A stretch of 64,000 nt of DNA from Candidatus Hydrothermarchaeum profundi (lineage in GTDB: Archaea; Hydrothermarchaeota; Hydrothermarchaeia; Hydrothermarchaeales; Hydrothermarchaeaceae). The stretch lies in NCBI GenBank assembly GCA_002011125.2, contig MTMF02000009.1:1734788-1798787 (forward strand), read 5' to 3'. Numbering within the stretch: position 1 is the first letter of the stretch; each line of letters opens with the position of its first letter. A program made the translations under genes and the position numbers. This document shows, piece by piece, positions 58,603-64,000 of this stretch. Below the pieces are notes generated by a model. It was not told the DNA's origin. It saw only the letters and a program-made list of their open reading frames with translations, and did no database searches.

Positions 58603-61600
58603 ATGATGGATTCCCATGCCTCAAAACATGCTCTATTAATCGAGAGGCAGCTTCGAGAGGAATTATCTAAGCTTAAGGAGTTATTAAGGAGCAAGAAGGC
58701 GGATGAAGCTACATTATTGATGCTTACTAAAAGAGCTGTCAAGCTTGAAGAACTCTTAAGAGACGAAGTTTCTACTACGATAGGAAGAATTGAAAGGGCT
58801 ATAAAAGAGGCGGAAAAGAAGGAGAATAAGATTAGGGAGCTAGAGCGTTTACTGAAAGAGAAGGAAAAAGAGAAAAAAGAGCTTACATCTAATATCTCAA
58901 ATTTGAAGTCAAAACTTGGGGTATCATGGTCGAGGATAGAGAAACTCAAAGAAGAAATCCGCTTAAAAAACCTTAAGATAGAAGACCTAGAGAGCAAGGT
59001 AGGCAGAGCCGAGGGTGAAGCGTCTAGGAATATAAAGGAGCTTAAATCCAAAGTTCGGGAGCTTACTTTTGCTCTTGAGGATGCTGAAAAAAAAGCTAGA
59101 GAAGAAGAAGAAAAAATCAAAGAGATTGAAGCGGAGATTGAAGATAAAGAAAACGAGAGGCTCGCCCTATTATCACAACTTGAAGATTTTAAGGACAAAG
59201 CTGAGAGCTATGAAGAACTCATAAAGGAGCTCAGCAGAGAAAAAGAGGCTCTAGCGAAAGAGATTGAAAAACTTAAGAAGGAAAAAGCAGAGCTAGAAGC
59301 CGGTGTAGAAGGTGCGAGAGAGATTGAGGACCGGATAGCTGAGCTAATGCTAAAGCTTGGAGAAAGAGATGAAGAGATCAAGAGACTAAAAGAGGAACTT
59401 CAGGTCAGAAATAAAGAGCTAGAGGATACCGACGCAGAGCTTAAGAAGATGGTATCGGAGATAGCAGAGCTAAATCAACGCTTAGCAGAGGCAGAGGAGG
59501 CTTTGAGGGAGAGAGAAGAAGCTGTTGAGAGGGTCGTAGAAAGAGATATAAAGCTAAAAGAGATGGAGAAAACCCTTGCCGAGAAGGAAAAGGAGATAGA
59601 GTTTCTTAGAGCACGGGCACAGGAGCTGATGAGAAGTCTTGAAGAAAAGGATCTAAAGATAGAAAAGCTGAAGAGCCTCGAAGGAATCTTGTCAGAGGTC
59701 TCCAAGCGAGATATGAGAATTCTCCAACTAGAAAGAGAGCTAGAGGAGAAAGAGAGAAATATAAAGGCACTGGAACTGCAAGTAGAGAGTTTAGAGGAAA
59801 ATCTAAGAGAGAGTGAGATAAAACTAGAAGAGCTTAAATCTAAATTGGCGGAGAGAGATAAGAGGCTCTGGGAGCTAGACCAGAAGATGAGGGAAGCTTT
59901 AGCTACGATTGAAAAGAGAGAAGGAGAGATCGAGAATCTTCACAAAGTATTGGACGAAAGTAAGGAAAAACTAGAAGAAAGCCAGAACTATTCAAAAGAG
60001 CTGGAGTCCTCGATAGCACATTTGCGGGAGGAATATAATCAAAGAGAAAAAGAGTTTGAGAGCAAGATTAGCGAGCTGGAAATAACTCGGAAAGAACTTT
60101 CATCAGAAATAGAGAAGTTACATGAAAGGCTTTCTCAAAAGGAGGAAGAACTACGAGAAAATACTGTGAAGACAGAGAAGTTAGAAGGAGATCTGCAAGC
60201 TGTTCAAAAAGAATTAAGCCTTAAAGAAAAGGAGCTGGTAAATAAAGGGGGAGAGATAAGTCAGCTAAAGCAAGCGGTAGAAACTTCTAATATGAGAATA
60301 GCGGAGTTAGAGAGCATCGCTGGTGAGAGAGACGAACTCCTTAAAGCACTTCAAAATAAAGAGGAATCTATCAAGGAACTAGAGATTAAGATAGATACAC
60401 AAGCCAGAGAAATAGAGGATCTGAGAAGCCTATTAAGAGAAAAAGCAGAAGAACTCGAGAATGCTAAAAAAGAACTCATAGAAGCGAAGGAGAGAGAGGA
60501 GGAGCTACAGAAGGAATTAGAGCGGTCAAGAACAGAACTTTCTACCATCCTAAAAAAGATAGAAAACAAGGAAGAGAAGCTTAATGAATTGGATTATAAT
60601 GTAGCCTCACTACAAAACCAGGTGAAAGAAAAGGAAGAAGCATTAACAAGCATACTGCAGGAAAAATCAATGCTTGAAAGCGAGCTATCTGAAGCTAGGA
60701 GTAAACTAGGTGAAGCTGAGGAGCTTATTAAAGATAAGGACAGCAAAATAACAGAACTTAGCCTGAGAGTAGAGTCGCTCTCAGAGACTCTTCAGGGAAA
60801 AGTTGAGGAAATAGAGCGCTTATCCCGTTTAAATGAAGCCCTAGAAGAACAGGTAGTGAATTTCTCTCATAAAGATGAAGAGATTGAAAAACTTAAGGAA
60901 GAACTCGATCATACTAGAGAAAAGATTGAAGAGCTATCACAGCTTGAAGAAGAGATTTCAATAAAGGATAATAGAGTAAAGGAGCTAGAGAAGGCTATAG
61001 AGGAAGCCTCTAATCAGATGAAATTAAAAGAGGATGAGAACAGCGCGTTGCAGGAGCATCTTGAAGCCCTCAAAGAAGAACTTATGCAACTGAGTGAAGA
61101 CCTTGAAAGAAAGAATCAAATGCTTAGAGAAACCGGAGAATTTGAGAAAAGAGTAATCGAGTTAGAAGAAGAGTTGCGCAAAGCAAAAGCTGAAAAAGAA
61201 GCGTGGGAGAACAAGCTGGATGAACTAAGCAAACAACTAGACTCAGAGATAGAAGAAAAACACAGACTGTTAAACGAAATCTCAAGGCAGGAAAGCTCCA
61301 TAGCTGAATTTGAGAATAAGCTTAGGGAAGCGCAGGCAGAGATAAAAGAGAGGGACGCATTAATTGAGGAATTAAACTCTAAGATAAATGAAATCTCACA
61401 AGGAATGAGCGAGGCAGATAAGTCTTATAAGGAATCTATAAAAAGTCTTGAAGAGAGTCTCGCTTCACGAGAAGAAGAGATAAAACAGCTGAAGAACGCT
61501 TTAGAGGAGATGAATGAGAAAAACCTAGAACTCATAAGGCTCATTGAAGACAGGGAAAGAACGGTTATAGAACTAGAGAAAGAACTGCAATTATTAGAAA

Positions 61601-61968
61601 AAGAAAAAGCCGAGTATGAGGCCCAGAGACGGGAAGCTGAAGAAAAGCTTAGAGAGGAGATAATGGTGCCTCTACCTAGATTAAATGAGCTGGAAGGCAC
61701 TATAAGAAAGTTAAAAGCAGAACTGGAAAGAAGTGCTTCAGAAAAAGAGATGCTCAATAAAAAGATAGAGGAACTTGAGAAAACGTTAAAAGAGAAAGAT
61801 AAAGAAATAAGTTCCACCGCAGAAAGGTATTTGAAGGAGTTAAGAAGGGTAGAAAAAGAAACTCTTGAAAAACATAGAGAATACGAAAACCGGATTAGAG
61901 AGCTTGATGAACAATTACAGTTGCTTGGCGAAGAGATTATAAAGACAATAGAACAATTAAAGGCCTGA
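58603..61968 (+). CDS. 1121-aa continuous coiled-coil protein of unknown function
   Basis: E/K/L/R-rich heptads throughout, only 2 Pro; no Walker motifs, hinge, TM helix or signal peptide visible. Confidence 0.85.
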   Translation: MMDSHASKHALLIERQLREELSKLKELLRSKKADEATLLMLTKRAVKLEELLRDEVSTTIGRIERAIKEAEKKENKIRELERLLKEKEKEKKELTSNISNLKSKLGVSWSRIEKLKEEIRLKNLKIEDLESKVGRAEGEASRNIKELKSKVRELTFALEDAEKKAREEEEKIKEIEAEIEDKENERLALLSQLEDFKDKAESYEELIKELSREKEALAKEIEKLKKEKAELEAGVEGAREIEDRIAELMLKLGERDEEIKRLKEELQVRNKELEDTDAELKKMVSEIAELNQRLAEAEEALREREEAVERVVERDIKLKEMEKTLAEKEKEIEFLRARAQELMRSLEEKDLKIEKLKSLEGILSEVSKRDMRILQLERELEEKERNIKALELQVESLEENLRESEIKLEELKSKLAERDKRLWELDQKMREALATIEKREGEIENLHKVLDESKEKLEESQNYSKELESSIAHLREEYNQREKEFESKISELEITRKELSSEIEKLHERLSQKEEELRENTVKTEKLEGDLQAVQKELSLKEKELVNKGGEISQLKQAVETSNMRIAELESIAGERDELLKALQNKEESIKELEIKIDTQAREIEDLRSLLREKAEELENAKKELIEAKEREEELQKELERSRTELSTILKKIENKEEKLNELDYNVASLQNQVKEKEEALTSILQEKSMLESELSEARSKLGEAEELIKDKDSKITELSLRVESLSETLQGKVEEIERLSRLNEALEEQVVNFSHKDEEIEKLKEELDHTREKIEELSQLEEEISIKDNRVKELEKAIEEASNQMKLKEDENSALQEHLEALKEELMQLSEDLERKNQMLRETGEFEKRVIELEEELRKAKAEKEAWENKLDELSKQLDSEIEEKHRLLNEISRQESSIAEFENKLREAQAEIKERDALIEELNSKINEISQGMSEADKSYKESIKSLEESLASREEEIKQLKNALEEMNEKNLELIRLIEDRERTVIELEKELQLLEKEKAEYEAQRREAEEKLREEIMVPLPRLNELEGTIRKLKAELERSASEKEMLNKKIEELEKTLKEKDKEISSTAERYLKELRRVEKETLEKHREYENRIRELDEQLQLLGEEIIKTIEQLKA
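61937..61943 (+). promoter_or_regulatory. Candidate TATA box for tRNA-Glu, inside the coiled-coil CDS
   Basis: TTATAAA preceded by purine-rich GAAGAGA, about 27-33 nt before the mature tRNA 5' end. Confidence 0.45.
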
Positions 61969-61969
61969 C

Positions 61970-62044
61970 GCTCCGGTAGTGTAGACCGGCCAATCATGTG
62001 GGACTCTCACTCCCACGACCGGGGTTCAAATCCCCGCCGGAGCA
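61970..62044 (+). tRNA. tRNA-Glu(CTC)
   Basis: GCTCCGG acceptor stem, TAGTGTAG D-arm, anticodon arm TGGGA-CT-CTC-AC-TCCCA, GGTTCAAATCC. Confidence 0.95.
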
Positions 62045-62106
62045 ATCCTTTGCCACGTCCTAAGCTCCTTGGAATTTATTAGCTTTGAGATAGGAGGCTT
62101 AGGAAC

Positions 62107-62355
62107 GTGGCCGACATCTATAGGAGAGACTTAGAGGAGAAAGCTAAAAACTATATCTCCAAGCTCCCAGCCGAAGATAGAGAAGACATGAGAGGATTCT
62201 ACACCGACCTCACGGCAAGAGGCTACAGCCCGAGCAGAGTTGACAAATACATGGCCTCCTTGGTCAGTATAGGCCGGAGGTTGGGATCCTTTAAGAAAGC
62301 TAGGAGGGAGGACGTTAAACGCTATGTAGCCTGTCCGGAGAGGTCTGGCAGATAA
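62107..62355 (+). pseudogene. Truncated tyrosine integrase (N-terminal SAM-like domain only)
   Basis: 'F..DL.ARGYS.SRV.KY...L......F..A.REDV..YV' typical of archaeal integrase N-termini; stops at 82 aa; 62 nt after tRNA-Glu. Confidence 0.65.
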
Positions 62356-62622
62356 TACTGATGTTGGAGTGCCTAGTTATAGGCGTGGCTTTCCTGGTGA
62401 TTGTGAAATGTTAGGAGTTTGACTCTTTTAAGTCAAATTTGAATCATTTGGGTTGCAAGTGGTAAAAAGGTTTTAGACCTCTTAAAAAAATACTACCTTA
62501 GTCTAAGCTGAAGCCTATCCTGCTCAGCTACTATGTCTCTGGCTTTGCTGGACAATATTAGCGAAGTCGGCAACCAGCCTCTATTTCTCTACCTACCTCA
62601 TAGAAAGGCAGGCTTATAGCGG

Positions 62623-63057
62623 TTACTTCTCCGTGTGTGTTGGCGCGGGAATAACGCCAAGCTGTTCCATCATACCTAGATTGTCTCCAACACCCCATCG
62701 TTCCGCTATCTTGCCGCCAGCAATGCGGACAATGTCAATTGTAGCTAGTTTTATCTGTTTGCCAGTAGGAGCAATGCCCATGAACTCACCTTTATGTGTG
62801 CCACGCAGCGTTATACGGGCTACTACCTTATCCCCCTCAGCGATCATATCTTCAACTGTGACATTAAGGTCAGGGAAGGCATTACGAAACATAGTAAAAG
62901 TCTGTTTTATACCCTCAGGTCCAGGTGATATTTCCGGGGGTGCATTATGGTCGATGAAATTAATGGCTACTAGCTCGTCTACAGCAGCAAAGTTCCCCTT
63001 GTTATGTATCTCCTCATATACTCGGCGGACAAGAGCTTTGTTTTCTTCTACTGACAT
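62623..63057 (-). CDS. SnoaL-like ester cyclase
   Basis: EENKALVRR, AFPD, EDMIAEGDKV, GTHKGEFMGIAPTGK, GKIAERW. Confidence 0.9.
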   Translation of the reverse strand: MSVEENKALVRRVYEEIHNKGNFAAVDELVAINFIDHNAPPEISPGPEGIKQTFTMFRNAFPDLNVTVEDMIAEGDKVVARITLRGTHKGEFMGIAPTGKQIKLATIDIVRIAGGKIAERWGVGDNLGMMEQLGVIPAPTHTEK

Positions 63058-63916
63058 ATTTATCACCTCCTCTTTATATTATACTCAGCACAGGTCTGAG
63101 TTCAATTGCATGTCAATATGGTAATCCACACTTGACACGCCTCACCAGAAACTATTCATGTTTTACCAAATCTACTATTTGGTCATGAGTTACCCCCCTT
63201 CTGAGGTAGCTGGTTGCCGCTTGCTAACTTTTTATATGAACATTCAATAAAAAAAAATTTCGCCAGTTAATACCGAAGGAATTTCTATTTTGACGGCGAT
63301 TCTTTTTACTTGCTTCTTTGATATAGTTCTTCTCAGATTGATATGCGATAAACACATTTACGCAGCTTTTATAGGAGCTTCTATCTCGTCATATATTTTC
63401 TCTAAATCTTCTTCTTTTCCTGTACGTCAAAGCCAACTAGGATCCCAAGGGAGGCAGTCAAGCTCTACAAGACCCGGAGGGAGGTTCTAAGCCAAGAAGA
63501 GAAAGAAGACAACAAGGCTCCTCTTATTCCTCGATATTGGTAGTCAGGTGGTCAAAGGAAAAACTCGCTATTTCTATATATATCAGGTAAACCCGCCAAG
63601 ATGCTCCATATCGCAACTGCAACCAAAATAATAAAAAGTAAAGAAATTGATAATCCGGTCAGATCCTTCTCTTGATTTAGCACTAATTTAATTTTCTAAA
63701 AACTTCTAAAAACGAAAGATTTAAAAATATGCATAGACTATGATTAGATGCCTGTGGGGATAAAGAAACTCTTTTTCTACCCCATAGGCCCCCTCCCCCT
63801 ACCACTTATGATGGGAATTGGTATTGAAGTTAGAGTGCCGTAGATTAATATACCTCTTAGACGGCGAATCCAGTTATACTAAGCTGCGCAAAAGCTACCG
63901 GAGCAATGAGAAAAAT

Positions 63917-63980
63917 GCTTTCCTCAGTTCTCCAGACGGTCATCATATATCAGCCCTGGGTTCTATCATCATCGGAAAGC
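63917..63980 (-). ncRNA. Archaeal box C/D methylation-guide sRNA
   Basis: GCTTTCC-G-ATGATGA(C)-TAGAACCCAGGG-CTGA(D')-TAT-ATGATGA(C')-CCGTCTGGAGAA-CTGA(D)-GGAAAGC: four consensus boxes, two 12-nt guides, 7-bp terminal stem. Confidence 0.93.
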
Positions 63981-64000
63981 TTTATTCAGGTTTTATCACT

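Noticed and set aside
58603-61968. SMC/Rad50 annotation for the long coiled-coil protein
   Set aside because: No Walker A/B, signature motif, hinge or zinc hook
1243-63124. Numerous ORF-track entries antisense to or nested in well-supported genes (e.g. 16150..16662, 19794..20348, 58530..59198, 61425..61997, 62633..63124)
   Set aside because: Shadow ORFs of real coding sequence with no family motifs
63290-63790. Broken ORFs and an imperfect hairpin at about 63750-63789
   Set aside because: Stops in all frames; the hairpin has no clear associated gene
1-64000. CRISPR array, rRNA or IS transposase
   Set aside because: No regularly spaced repeats, rRNA-like tracts or transposase ORFs seen

Overview
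Gene-dense archaeal chromosomal window. The archaeal assignment rests on CCA-less archaeal-type tRNAs, TATA/BRE promoters, GGAGGTGA Shine-Dalgarno sites, aroA'/aroB', mfnD/mfnF and TrpB2. Dsr genes together with methanofuran genes suggest a sulfur-respiring euryarchaeote such as Hydrothermarchaeota or an Archaeoglobi-like lineage (inference). Contents, in order: HerA and XPD helicases; two orphan histidine kinases; tRNA-Thr(GGT); two integrase-less toxin-antitoxin mini-islands stacked at the 3' end of tRNA-Leu(CAG); a copper operon (CopA, MerB-like protein, thioredoxin, YHS protein, CopR-like regulator); a radical-SAM RiPP pair with an unannotated 38-aa CbpA-like precursor; a ~9 kb sulfur cluster (DsrC, DsrMK, a two-heme DsrJ-like protein, DsrEFH-like proteins, split YeeE, three TusA, DsrE2); a type IIG RM gene next to radC; a 1756-aa surface protein with CWB2-like anchor; split-Soret cytochrome c; a frameshifted vapC; a 1121-aa pure coiled-coil protein; tRNA-Glu(CTC) with an integrase remnant; and a box C/D guide sRNA at the right edge. 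Several short genes missing from the ORF track were read directly from the sequence. All family calls come from motif recognition; no database searches were run.
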